Below are positions 15,401-27,200 of a stretch of 64,000 nt of DNA, one piece after another. The stretch's first letter is position 1. Each line of letters starts with the position of its first letter. The notes below the pieces were generated by a model. The model worked only from the letters and a program-made list of their open reading frames with translations. It searched no databases and was not told the DNA's origin. This stretch comes from Bugula neritina. Taxonomy: Eukaryota; Animalia; Bryozoa. A program made the position numbers and the translations under genes. The stretch lies in assembly GCA_964035545.1 (NCBI GenBank), contig OZ037768.1, forward strand, positions 6,790,741 through 6,854,740, written 5' to 3'.

Positions 15401-16359
15401 ACTCAGTTCCGAATTGCTTACAATGAAGCCATTTCTAGCATATTCTAATATCACACTAATACTCATTTGTTTTATTTCAACAGATTGCTTTACCAAACCA
15501 GATAGTGGTACCAGGGGAGAGTGAAAGCGTGCTTACGCTTGAGTTTCTCCCATTAACAGTCCGAACTCAATCTGGTAAACTTGAACTAAACAACGCTGAC
15601 CTCGGCGTGTATCTGTATGAGCTAGAGTGTACTGCAACAGCAGCTGGACCAGAGAAAGCCATATACTTCAAGTGTCCACTGGGCTCGCACCAAACGCTGC
15701 CTGCTAAATTTCTCAACTTTGCCAAACAAAAGACAGAATATGCTTGCAAGGTTAGTCTCTATAAGTTTCAGTTGCATAATAAGGCAATTGATTCTTAAGT
15801 GAAATAATATTATAAAGTGACATGGTCATCAAACTGTATCTTATTATTGTAGCTTGATAACACAACAGATTTTACATCAGAGAAGACGTTGAATGCAGCT
15901 CCTGCTTCATCAGGTGGAACAGAGACTTCAGTGGATCTCACATTTGAACCGTCACGAATCGGGGAGATTAAATCACAGCTGGTGGTTTCCTCGCCTGTTG
16001 GTGGAGACTACACGTTTCCTATATACGCTACATGCACGCCTCCAAAACCACAAGGGCCATTCATCATCAAATCTGGTTCCACGACGTACATTACTTTCAG
16101 AAACAATTTTCCTAGCACTACTCCGTTTACCTTCACTGTCGACAACCCAGCTTTTCACGTAGCTAAAAGTGCCGACAACATCCGTGCTAAGAAAGACCAC
16201 AGAATTGTGATTGGTTATGATGGTACCGACAGCGGAACAAAGGCGCCAGTTATGGGCAAACTAATTGTATCATGCGCCAGAAGTGCTGGTGGTAGTACTC
16301 CAGCTCAGTGGATCTACTATCTCAAGGGTGTTACTCCAGATTCCAAGGAATCCAAATGA
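410..16359 (+). CDS. HYDIN: Hydrocephalus-inducing protein (axonemal central-pair protein), 3' portion, ~31 exons; 5' end lies upstream of the window
   Basis: Phase-consistent GT-AG exons at about 410-582, 847-1048, 1328-1527, 1817-2071, 2331-2492, 2874-2978, 4756-4930, 5088-5258, 5569-5824, 6011-6148, 6251-6441, 6588-6742, 7574-7687, 8057-8331, 8497-8738, 8844-9071, 9324-10054, 10168-10273, 10417-10607, 10890-11025, 11381-11550, 11796-11995, 12450-12718, 12883-13036, 13322-13473, 13581-13874, 13974-14137, 14253-14403, 14814-15002, 15484-15750, 15853-16359 (TGA). Serial ASH/PapD-like beta-sandwich repeats. Recognisable HYDIN peptides include FDKVLLHRKDTKTLFLRN, VPDWDDRMRTVKW, LPYCHFELANSDYLSGARRNPEMRGP and the terminal WIYYLKGVTP. 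Confidence 0.96.
3397..3468 (+). CDS. Candidate 72-nt symmetric (phase 2-2) cassette exon of HYDIN (SSLASVATTSKRGIATSNSKLTFKR)
   Basis: ctgcag| acceptor and |gtaaca donor; length divisible by 3; open in the HYDIN frame. Confidence 0.55.
4369..4431 (+). CDS. Candidate 63-nt symmetric (phase 2-2) cassette exon of HYDIN (SSVRATLLLPSTLKNVQQSPSR)
   Basis: tttacag| acceptor (CAGCAG tandem) and gag|gtatat donor; open in the HYDIN frame. Confidence 0.5.
7264..7450. repeat. 22-bp minisatellite (TACAGTAGCTATATTTATGTAT-like), ~8.5 units, arranged as an 88-bp higher-order repeat
   Basis: Unit variants occur in the order A-B-A-C-A-B-A-C within a HYDIN intron. Confidence 0.85.
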
Positions 16360-16786
16360 TGTGCAGAGTCAGTCCTAACTGAACAAAGGGAACATCATGC
16401 TTAAGTATTGAAAATAACACTGTAGGACCAGACATTATATATCCGTCCATATATCAATCCGTCCAGGAACTGTTTAAGTGAGATAGTTGCATGTTTTTTT
16501 AATTCTCACTGTTTTTGGCTATTACAAAATATTTATTTCCAGTGTGCTTCAATTTTTATATACCATAATCTCTGATGTGTAAGAGTGACACATATCTACA
16601 AATTTATTATTATATACAGCAAACATTAACAAATTACAAGGAAATTATGGTGATAACCATATCATTGAGTTGATTGCAAAGCGATATTGTTATATCTTGC
16701 AACATAGAACAAGAATATCAGCAGCAAATAAAATACTAGTGACAATTTTTGCACATAATTTTAAAAAGTACCAGCTGACTAATACA

Positions 16787-19700
16787 TCAGTAATATGAAT
16801 AGTTGCCATAGTCATAGGGTCGTTTTGCTGGTGGTGGGGGTGGTGGTCTTGGAAAACGACTAAAATTACCAAAATTTGGTGGAGGGGGTGGCCTCGTTAA
16901 GCCACGCCCAGTTATATTTCTGTTAATAACTGGGCTGATAGTGCTAGTTCCAATAGCTCTAATAGGTATTCCTTGATTGGTCAGTGTTGAAGAAGTCATG
17001 TGATTAGATAGTGGCCGGATAACAATATGATCTGAAGTGGTCTCCTTTTTAACTACGTTTGTGTTTCCAGCATGGATACTGTCCAGTAAATTTAATGCAG
17101 AACTTTGTTGTTCTGAGCTGATAGACCTGGTGACAGAGACTGGTGGAGGTGGTGGGGGAGGTGGAGGGGCAGCACGAAGGGTTAGACCCTGAGCAGAGGC
17201 CGCAGGCGAGTTATTGGTACTGGTTGGATCACGGATTTGTATGTGAGGGGCTAAAGGACGTCTCACTTGCAGTAAACTAGGGGGGCGGACAGGAGGGGTC
17301 AGCTTTGGTACTTTTGAAGGAATGCTGGGAAGGTTTTGCTGACTATCATTGGCTGTTTGGTCAAGAGGAGGAGTATCTGACTGTATAGGGGGCCAACTGA
17401 TGCTCTGAAACTCTTCAGATTTACTCTCACTAATAGTAACATTGCTGGAACTGCTATACCCACTTTGAGAGTACAGAGTTTTTGGACTAGATTGCTCATT
17501 CCCAGTATGAAGTGAGCTCACCGGTGTATTTGAAAAAGACCCGTGTTGGTTAGAAAGTTCTGACACTTTTACTGACTGCAGTGACTGGTGATTTTCTTGC
17601 TGCCCAAATGACTGCTCCTGATGCTGCTGCCCTAAAGACTGCTGTCTTTTTTCTAACTCTTCTTGTTGCTGCTTTTTCTCTTCAAGTTGTTTTGTGACTT
17701 CTTGCTGTGCTGCTACCAAACTAAAAAATTCAAACTTTGTAATCCTTACTTCTGCATTTAATTTAATTACATTTATAATATAATACAAACACTGTCTTTC
17801 AATGTAGGAATGCCACTGCAAAGCCAATCAAACAATGATTTTCATTATTGAAAGACATTATAGTTGGCTTAGCAGCCATGACTTCCACTCATGGAAAGGC
17901 AGTAAATACATTAGGAAAGGCAGTAAATACATTAGGAAAGGCAGTAAATACATTAGGAAAGGCAGTAAATACAAAGATAATTTGAGTTGAAATGTCCATG
18001 TTATGAATTCAAGAAAATATAGCTACAACACATTTACTCAATACTTTAGTATATAAGTAAATTTGTAGGAGGATAAGTCTGTCTTCAGCTTAACTTTTCC
18101 ATCTCAGACTCAATCATAGGGTAGCATAAAACTTCAAAAACAGACCTTTACTTAAAATCATAAACGTGAAAATAGTTTGAAAAAATTGGTTCGCAGTGTA
18201 AAAGGATTTGCATATTGTAGTATCACAAAGGTTTGAATTCAATGAATACACATTTTAAATAAAATACTGCAAAAAATGAGTGTTGGGAGAGTGGGTAGTA
18301 GTAGGTAGAGTGGTGGTAGAGAGAGAGAGGGAGAGGGTAGAGAGGGTGGTGGTAGAGAGAGTGGGTAGTGGTAGGGAGAAGGGTGGTAGGGAGGGTGGTG
18401 GTAGGGAGGGTACGCCTACTGCTATCAAAAGCTACCTTGTTATTATTCGATGAATTTGGTGTTTAGAAACACTTTTTGATCACTAAGCTAATGGTTTTAG
18501 ACTAGTTCAGAAACACGGATATACAGAATACATTATAATAACTTCTAACTCATGAACACTTTTAAAAACAGAAGTAACTAACGCTTTAGCTTTTTCTATT
18601 TGCTTTCTGTTGAACTCCGACCAGTCTTTAGGTGGTGGATTCTTCACCTTCTCAGCAAAGTCAGTCAGATTCTTCAGAACAGATCGATCTACTGCCCGGG
18701 CAGAGTTCGGTTGAGTCTGTAAAATATGAGACAAACTCATAAAAACCTAATCATGTGACGCAATACAAGAAATCAAAGTTACAAAAAAAACCAACATAAT
18801 TTTATGATTTGATTTCGAATTCTCAGTTGCATGAAAACATAGAAACCAGATATGTAGTAAATATTTTACCTTTGCGGCGACCATACTAAAGAGAAATTTG
18901 TGATCCGTAACCTAAAACAGCAACATCAACAAAAAACTAAAACAAAATATTTCAACTCAATAAAACTAAAATGCATTAAACAACAAAATAAAATCACAAA
19001 ATACATAAAGTAAACAGATAAAGAGTCAAAGTAGAACTAAACCAGAAAAAGACCCGTACCTCTGTATTCCCGGATTTTTCCCGCTGGAGCTGCTCAGCTG
19101 GACTGTAACTTTCCGTATCAACAGCCTTTGCTTGCCGAGGATCAGCAGTATTACTCACAACTCCAGGCAGACTGCTGCCCATAGCAGCTAGTCGGTCTGT
19201 CAGCGAACTGCTTGAACTCGGCTTATATGGCTCAGCAGCGATTATTTTACCTTGAAAGTGTTAGATAGTATGCAATATAAGCAACTCTTGAACAAATAAT
19301 AAAAAAGACAGCAAAAGTCACAGGTACAGTATTTAATCAGTACAACTGTGTGTTTAGCTTACCAAGTAACATGTGTTGAATAACTGACAGACAAAAATAT
19401 TATTTTGAAGATTCCAACAGTCATTCAAACTTTGCAGCAGCATAAAACAACAGAACAGGGAACATTTGAAACAGCCTTGACCTTTTCCGAGTCTCACCTG
19501 ACTCAGAATCTTCTACATCCGAGAGTTCCATGTCCTCCTCAACTCTGATGTCTTGAGGGGGAGTGTTACCGGGAGAGGGGGCCTCCGCAGAAGGCGACGG
19601 CATTGGACTGTCACCACCGTCGGACAGCGTAGCTTTATAATCAGTCAGTCTTTTCTGTATGTTGTTTATTCTAATGCCAAAATTCCTGTACGCCTAAACA

Positions 19701-22700
19701 GAGAGCATCAACATACAACCAATAGGTAACAATAAGCATATGACACGGCCTTGAGTTCTTAGATTCTATTACAAGCAGCTAAAAAAATTTTCAAAAGGGC
19801 GGTATTCAAGTAAAATAGATAACACATGTAGCATGAGTGAGAGATACTATCTATATTCTATACTTACTACAGTTTATCAATTATTTTTAGTGCATCAACA
19901 ATATTACGTCATCATGAAGCTATAAAACCACACAAATCAATAGAAATGTGTTGTTAAATGCTTTACTGCAACAAAATGAAAATGAATTTTATTGAAGCCT
20001 ACATTTTTTAACTCCTCAAATCAAAGCAAAATATGGTGAGTCTCAGAGGTCATAAAAACAAGACCCGTATTTTTCAATTATTTGCCCACTATTGACTACT
20101 TATGTAACCATTCAGCATAACTACACTAATTGTAGAGAATTATTACAGTCACTGTGAAATTAAATAAATCAGTGAAAAGTAAAACAAATTGCGACTTTTA
20201 AAAAATTATTTGTTAAAAGCTACTATTGTTTAACACAGATTTAGGATAAACATTGCTCTAAGAGAGTTTTGTTGTTCTTTTGCAACTAAAATATTGAGAG
20301 CAATATTAACATAATAACTTATAGAAACTATATTTACCTGAACTGCATTTTCTAATATTAATGATCGTTTATAATATATCTCTAATATAACACTTTAATT
20401 GATTTAAACTATTTACTTTATCAAAGTCTTAATATTTTAAGAACAGTACTTTGACTCTCGAAATATCAGTCATATGCTTACATTAGCAACTACCATTGCA
20501 TCATCATTCTGCACCTCATAGAAAGTCTGACCATTTTCCAGCAGCTCAACAAGTTTAGATCTCTGTTCGATCTCATTCTCCAGGACCTTCACGTATGATT
20601 GTATCTTGTTATACGAATCATCAAACTGTTTAGCAAACTCATGGCTGTGAGATCGATCTAAAAATAAAACTGAACATTCAGCAGGCAAAGGCACAACATC
20701 AGCGCAACCACAAGCTCAAGGTTCAGTCAAACTCTCAATACAATTCTAGTAAAAGAGCGACTTTCTACTAACAGTCCAATAAGTTATATTGCTGTGAAAA
20801 GAAAATACAAAACATACTATAAGCATAAGAAATTGTCTTTCTAAACTGGAAATGCCCGCATAGCATAACACATGAAATACATTTTCCATTGAAGTAGCCA
20901 TAGTAAAATTGGTTAATAAAACTTCTACAAAAACTACCTTTTAAAAGTTTGACAGCTTCAATTTTAGATGCATCTAGTTTGAGATTTTCCACCTGCTTTC
21001 TTTTCATTAAAACATGCGTTTCCAACATCCGCACTTTCCTTATCGATTCTATTACATCTTTAGGCTACAAAAAACAGAAAGATTCACACTAAATCACAAG
21101 GTAGAAGAATTCCATAAACTTTTTCAAATCATAAATTTAAAATTCTATGAATAATTTTTTTATTTAAATCTGAAAGTAGAAGTAAAAACAAATAAAATAG
21201 AGCACACAACGCTGGTTAGTATGCAGTTGGTGCAATAGATTCTCACTTTGAAGTTTGCGGCACTCACGTGAGCCGTTACTTTTTCTCGGTCATCTAAAAC
21301 ACAATATCAAAATATTTCATAAATGTTTTATTTTTGTACACTTTTACTAAATACTTTTTAAATTTTATTCAAAGTTTGGTGTAAATTTACTTACTTAAAA
21401 GTTCTCGAAGCTCATCGATAAAAGAGTTAATATATGTTTTTCTTTCTTCCCAAATATGGAAAATTCGCTCAATTTTGTGTTTGATGCTAGTATCTCGGAC
21501 CAATACAACGGCATCCTTTAAGACATTTTTGAATGCAAGAAGGTATATTTTAGCATTCTTCTTTTTACATGTTTGTACAACGTCATTTGCCAGGTAAAAC
21601 AATACGAGTCTTCGATTCACTTTGGCTACAAATAAAATTAGGGGTAATGCAAAATCATTTCAGACAAAAAATTTCAAATACCAACTGCTACTTTAGCTCA
21701 TGTACCAATAATCAGACAGCTGAATACTTGTATATACTGTAATACAACTAAACTAATACATTCATGAAATCAATCTTAGAACTAAGTGTAAGTTTGGAAT
21801 GTATTAAGAAAAGACTCAGTCAAGTCATGACTTAGGCAAACAAATTTAAGTCAAACAGTCTTGAGACTGCCAGTTAACTTGAATTGACTAGCAGATCTTT
21901 AATTTTTTAATGTAACTAAGATACTTTAAGTGTCCAGTAATTTTTTTATATTTAAACTAAATAACTGGTAAAAAAATCTAGACAGGCCTATTACAAAGAT
22001 TGAGAAATGAAAAACATAATATTTAATTTTATATCAACTTATTAGTTATTACGCCTGATATTATAATTTTCTTGTTATAGTTCATAAAACCTTTGGCATT
22101 TGTGTAATCGAAGTGATGACAACTGCAACTGTCTTTACACATGTATGTAAAAAGTTATTATTTGAAGTGCAGACGATGACATCTGAGAGAGCAAGTAAGT
22201 TTTTCTTTTTTTAAATTTTATTAAGAATTTATGATGCAGCAACAAGTAACAATAACTAGTACTGGTAATAGTGTGAGTATCAATACTCAGCATTTACAGC
22301 TGGGGGGTTAATAGACAACCCAAATCGTGACTAGCAGAGAAGCGCACCATCAACTTATTGCTGCGCCCAGAATCTTTTCAAGTTTAAAAACAGCTCATTA
22401 TGATTGTTAGTATGCAATTCAAAACTCACCTCGTTTTACAGCAGCTAACCAGCAAGCCGCTATTTTTTGACACTCTGTTTTGTGGTGTATCATCCACATC
22501 GATAACGCCTGAATGCTATCTTGTCGATCAGTCATAGAATCTAATCTTTTGCTCACGCTTTTTTGAAAATCTAACAAATTTGTCACTACTGGTACACTAT
22601 TGTCGCTTTGCTGATCAGTAACAGTGGCACTGGGCGCAATCTTATAAGAATTAGAAACAGCATCTGAGCCTGGAGCTGCAGAACTAGAAGTCGCACTCAC

Positions 22701-22730
22701 AGCATCGCCACTGACCACTCCCATGTCCAT
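16787..22730 (-). CDS. RPRD2: Regulation of nuclear pre-mRNA domain-containing protein 2 (CID domain, CREPT-type coiled coil, Pro/Ser-rich tail), ~10 exons
   Basis: CID peptides QDSIQALSMWMIHHK and RRLVLFYLANDVVQTCKKKNA; coiled-coil exons; RPRD2-type PSPSAEAPSP and EDMELSDVED..GKII motifs. Exons at about 22430-22730, 21393-21626, 21247-21294, 20938-21064, 20481-20658, 19498-19693, 19040-19251, 18870-18911, 18550-18746, 16787-17720. Confidence 0.9.
17893..17973. repeat. 21-bp tandem repeat GGAAAGGCAGTAAATACATTA x~3.9
   Basis: Near-perfect head-to-tail copies with no spacers, in an RPRD2 intron. Confidence 0.95.
18279..18411 (+). repeat. G/purine-rich low-complexity tract (GGGT/GGGA/GGTA runs)
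   Basis: ~130 nt essentially devoid of C on the + strand, with many GGG runs. Confidence 0.85.
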
Positions 22731-24220
22731 AGCTCCACTAGCGCTACCAATTCCTGAACTAGGTTAGAGCAGAGTTAAAAGGTTTAAATGTTAAACGCCA
22801 TCTTAATATAATGATAATAAAATTAAAATACATGGAATTTGCTGCGAGTTGGAAGTAAAACTAACTACAAACAGCCATATTGTGTCGGCCAACTAGTTAT
22901 TGGACATTTAGATGTTTTATAGACTGCAATTGGTTAACACATCATCCAATTATAAAATATACGTACCATTGCTCGAACTATAGCAAAAGGATGCACAAAT
23001 CCAAAACAACAGTTATAAAATCCAACAGTTGCTGTTAGCCTTGAATTATAGCATTTATACTACAAGTGTTAAACTTCCCCACCCTTATAACTGTGTGTAT
23101 ACGTATAAAATAAAGTTGTTAAACATCCAATTAAGTTATCATATACTTTCTTCATTCTAGTCTTCATAATTACTACTAATGTCAATGTTATAGATTTTAA
23201 GTCATGTACCTATCCACATTATTAAATTACTCCTCCAGTTTCGCTTGAGTTGCAGTAAAAGTTTTATTCTACATGTTTTCAAGTTATTGATTTTGTAAGT
23301 TATTGCATCTATATTATTTTTCCAGTTATAGAATAAGTGGTTCAATTTGTAATAAGTGGAAATATTTACATGTTTAAAGATATTTTTATTATCAGAAATT
23401 TGCCTTGCAGATCAATCTATTATATAGAATAAGTCTTAATGTTCCACTTCTATAGTGCAGTACGTTGCATTTTACGTAACACTATTAAATAAGTTGAGCA
23501 ACTGAGTGTTATCCTGCCAAAGTGTACCAACAAAATGCAAAACTAATGGGTGTAAATATACAAAGCAGGGTATAGATAGCTTGTATTGGCAGTTATCTAC
23601 TAATTCTTGGGGTGGGGGCACTGCAGACTTACAACTGGTTTGTAGTTTTTGTCTAATGCATTCATTATTTTTCGACATGTGCTGGTAGCCATAAATTTAT
23701 TTATGCTTTATATACGAATATGAAGGTAAGATAACTCCTAAATAAAATGTGTTGGGCAGTCAACTCTACTTTATTATAGAACCCATTTATTTACAGTTTT
23801 TACTTACAACAGGCTAGCTTTTGAATTATTCTTGAATAATTTGAAAATTATTACACAAGAAAGACTTGGAAAATATTTTTATTTTTCTTATAAAATAAAT
23901 AGACAATTAGTAGCACACCAAATCATTATAGCTCTACACACTGCAAATTGAAAGATGTTAGCAAATGAAAATTATACAACTTGTTAGAAAAATTACTTTT
24001 ATATAATAAAATGGAGAAAAAAATTAAGTCCTAATGGTAATCTTACTAAATAAATAGGAGCACCAAGAGTAAGTATTTTACAGCTGCAAAAGTTTTTCTC
24101 ACTATAACAACATCTACTTTCTAAATAACAATGGTTTATGGCATAAACACTTAGAAAATATTTCGCATGATACTATTAGTATAAAACTGTATGCTCAGGG
24201 CAGGCTCCATAGAGTCACAC

Positions 24221-27200
24221 TTACAATACTGTACAACAACCAGGTCCCTCTTGAACTGGAGCAGGTAGCTAGACAAATAGAACAGATACAATGTGAAAAT
24301 GCTATACAATGCATTTAAATATATCCATACAGGCTAGTAACTTCATTTAACAAGAAACATTTTTTGTTTACTACTCTATTTATCTAAATAAACAAAGTTA
24401 ACTTATATTTTGAATACCACTGTATTCATTTTCAAAGTTTATACCTCTGCTGAAAAAAGTACCTGAGGTGGATACAGTATAGTATCCAAACTACTTATTT
24501 ATTTTTTATTCATTTATCTTTATACAATACAGTGAGTTGTCCTCATCAAAATATTAGAAATAAAATTGTATTTGGATTCTAATTACTGAAAAAGTGCCAC
24601 TCAGATTTGGTTAACTATTGATGGAACTAAATTCAGATATTTCAATTCAATATTTCAGCAAAACTGCAAATTATTTCCATCTAATAATGTAAATTACTAG
24701 AGTTTTTAATTGAAAATATAAGTTCATAAAACTCTCTAATAAGTTTCAAAGCAGAAAAGTGGTATAAATACATTTCTTCCTACAATTTAGCAGAGATCCT
24801 ATAATATACCCTAGTACTCTTAGCACATGATATAATTACAGGTTTCCAACAGCAGTAAGTTGAAGAAAATTTCTAAACCAATAACTAAACCAATATGGTG
24901 GTTTTACAAGAAGTAAAGTTTTGCTATTGAGTACAAGACAAATTTGTTTGCATTACTCAATACTTGTGGAGGAATTAATACTCATCATTCACATGTATAA
25001 TATTATCAAATGTTATGATTAATGTATAAATTATGATAATGGGTGCTCAAAGTCCGGATACTGCATCAAACATCAGTTATAACAGTTCCCAGTGATATTT
25101 GCTAGCATTAGAGTTACCATCCTTGTTTACAACTACTAGCTCTCTTAGAGATGCCAAGTGCCAATACTGTAATACTTTAGGTGCTGTTACATTTTAATTG
25201 ATCACACAGACGTTGAATGGTGAAAAATTACCACCAGTGCAAAAAACACACATTAAAAAAATTGTGAACTTTTTTTACAGCTACATTCAAACGAACAATA
25301 TTGTTAGCTGCCAGCTCCAGTTTTCAAATGATTTTCTATTATATTTGAAAAGTGCCAGACAAAAAACATCTAGATTTACATCGTTCAGAATGTTGAATGA
25401 GAGCAAACCACATAGACCTCATAAAAAAGTGAAGCTTTCATGATTGCTGCTCAACCTAAAGATTGACTGGAATAGGCAACAAACTGCACCTTGCCATCAC
25501 ATAACACTTAGAACAAGGTGCTACTCAAGTGATGGGAGCCAAAACACCGGTCAATGTCACAGTGGTAACGTGGGTGACTGCATAGAACGGTGCAATGAGG
25601 AATACTTTTACAGCAAAAACCTGGCAAGAGTAATGGTCTGATGACGAAGGTCGCTGTGGAAATGAGTTTGTATGTAAAAGGCAACTGACAATTTAAAAAC
25701 TGAGAAACTGTAGATGGTGAAATGTGAACAGATACTGACAATTGATTTTTACTAAAATATAGTAATGCTCCCCATTGACAGGCAAAGGTCATTTCACTAT
25801 ATCATCATGAACCTCACTAAGAACCACATAATCTGAAGTGTTTTGATTAAGAGCAGCTGCTGAACTGCAGAGAATGATAAATATCATGTGAGCCATAAGA
25901 GAGAGACTTCTCTATCAAACTTGAAGCAAATCCAATCACTGGCTGTTAAGATAAACCTACCAAATATCAGACACCATTACATAATCCACTAAACCAGTCA
26001 AGGACCACTAAAACAGGCCACACACACAGTTTAGCCTCTACGTATTCCCTCCCAAGTGCCTAACGCTGCTAAAACGTAATGGCACAAGCATACACAGTAT
26101 TATCACAAGTTTCCAAATCCAGCTGTGAAAGAAATAAAGTCATGAAAATGCAGTCTGTTTGATAAGTTACGATGTTGAATGTCTATTTTTGCAGGTCACA
26201 CTGTTCACTGCACATCTAGTTGAAAATACATTACACTTAATCATAGCACAATTAAATTGGTTACAGATAGTTACAACTTCCTCTGCAGATGGAGAAACTT
26301 GTGACAATACTGTGCCAGGCATAAAATGGTGAACACCACAGGTATACTCACAGCTTTTGATTCTATTTTCTGTGATTCTGTGAGATTTGATTCAGCTTTT
26401 GGATCTAAAATATATTCAAATGGAAATAAACACAGCCAGACCAGGATACTATAAAGGGGTTGCAGAGCTGCAGAATTTTTACGGAGATACTAACTGTGCA
26501 AATCAAAATAAAGAAACGTATAGTACATATATAGGTATATATATAAACATGTATATATATTATATATAATGCGGTATGTATGAGTAATACCAACCAGCAG
26601 AGGTAGCAGGAGATGCTGCCGAGGCAGCTGTAGATGTTTCATGCTGCTCGACATCGCGTGCTGCTGTAGACTCCTCAGATACGTGTTTAGATTCCTTGAC
26701 AGCCGAGGAATCTGGCACAGGCTGAGTGCTGTCAGCAGAAACTTCAACTGAGGGTGCCTCAGCTTTATTGGTGGGAATTTGAACTTGGCTAATGGAGACC
26801 TCAGGCTCACCGCTAGGAGCTTCCTTGGCCTCACTGCTTGGGGCCTCAGTCTTACTACTTGGGGCTTCAGTCTTACTGCTAGGGGCCTCAGTCTTACTGC
26901 TTGGGGCCTCAGTCTCACTGCTAGGGGCCCCAGTCTCACCGCTAGGGGCCTCAGTCTCACTGCTAGGGGCCTCAGTCTTACTACTTGGGGCCTCAGTCTC
27001 ACTGCTAGGAGCCTCAGTCTCACTGCTAGGAGCCTCAGTCTCATTACTTGGGGCCTCAGTCTCACCACTTGGGGCTTCAGTCTCACCACTAGGGGCTTCA
27101 GTCTCACCACTAGGGGTTTGAACCTCTTCAATGGGATCTTTGGCTGCATTACTAGAAGTATGGTCATCCCCAGCGGTGTGTGTATTTTCAATGGAGGCTT

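Noticed and set aside
17893-17973. Direct repeats resembling a CRISPR array
   Set aside because: No spacers, eukaryotic intron, no cas genes
22113-22186. Box C (GTGATGA) and box D (CTGA) spaced like a snoRNA
   Set aside because: Antisense to the host gene and lacks a terminal stem
25636-25665. CTGATGA...GAAA resembling a hammerhead ribozyme core
   Set aside because: Stem II closing pair and stems I/III cannot be formed
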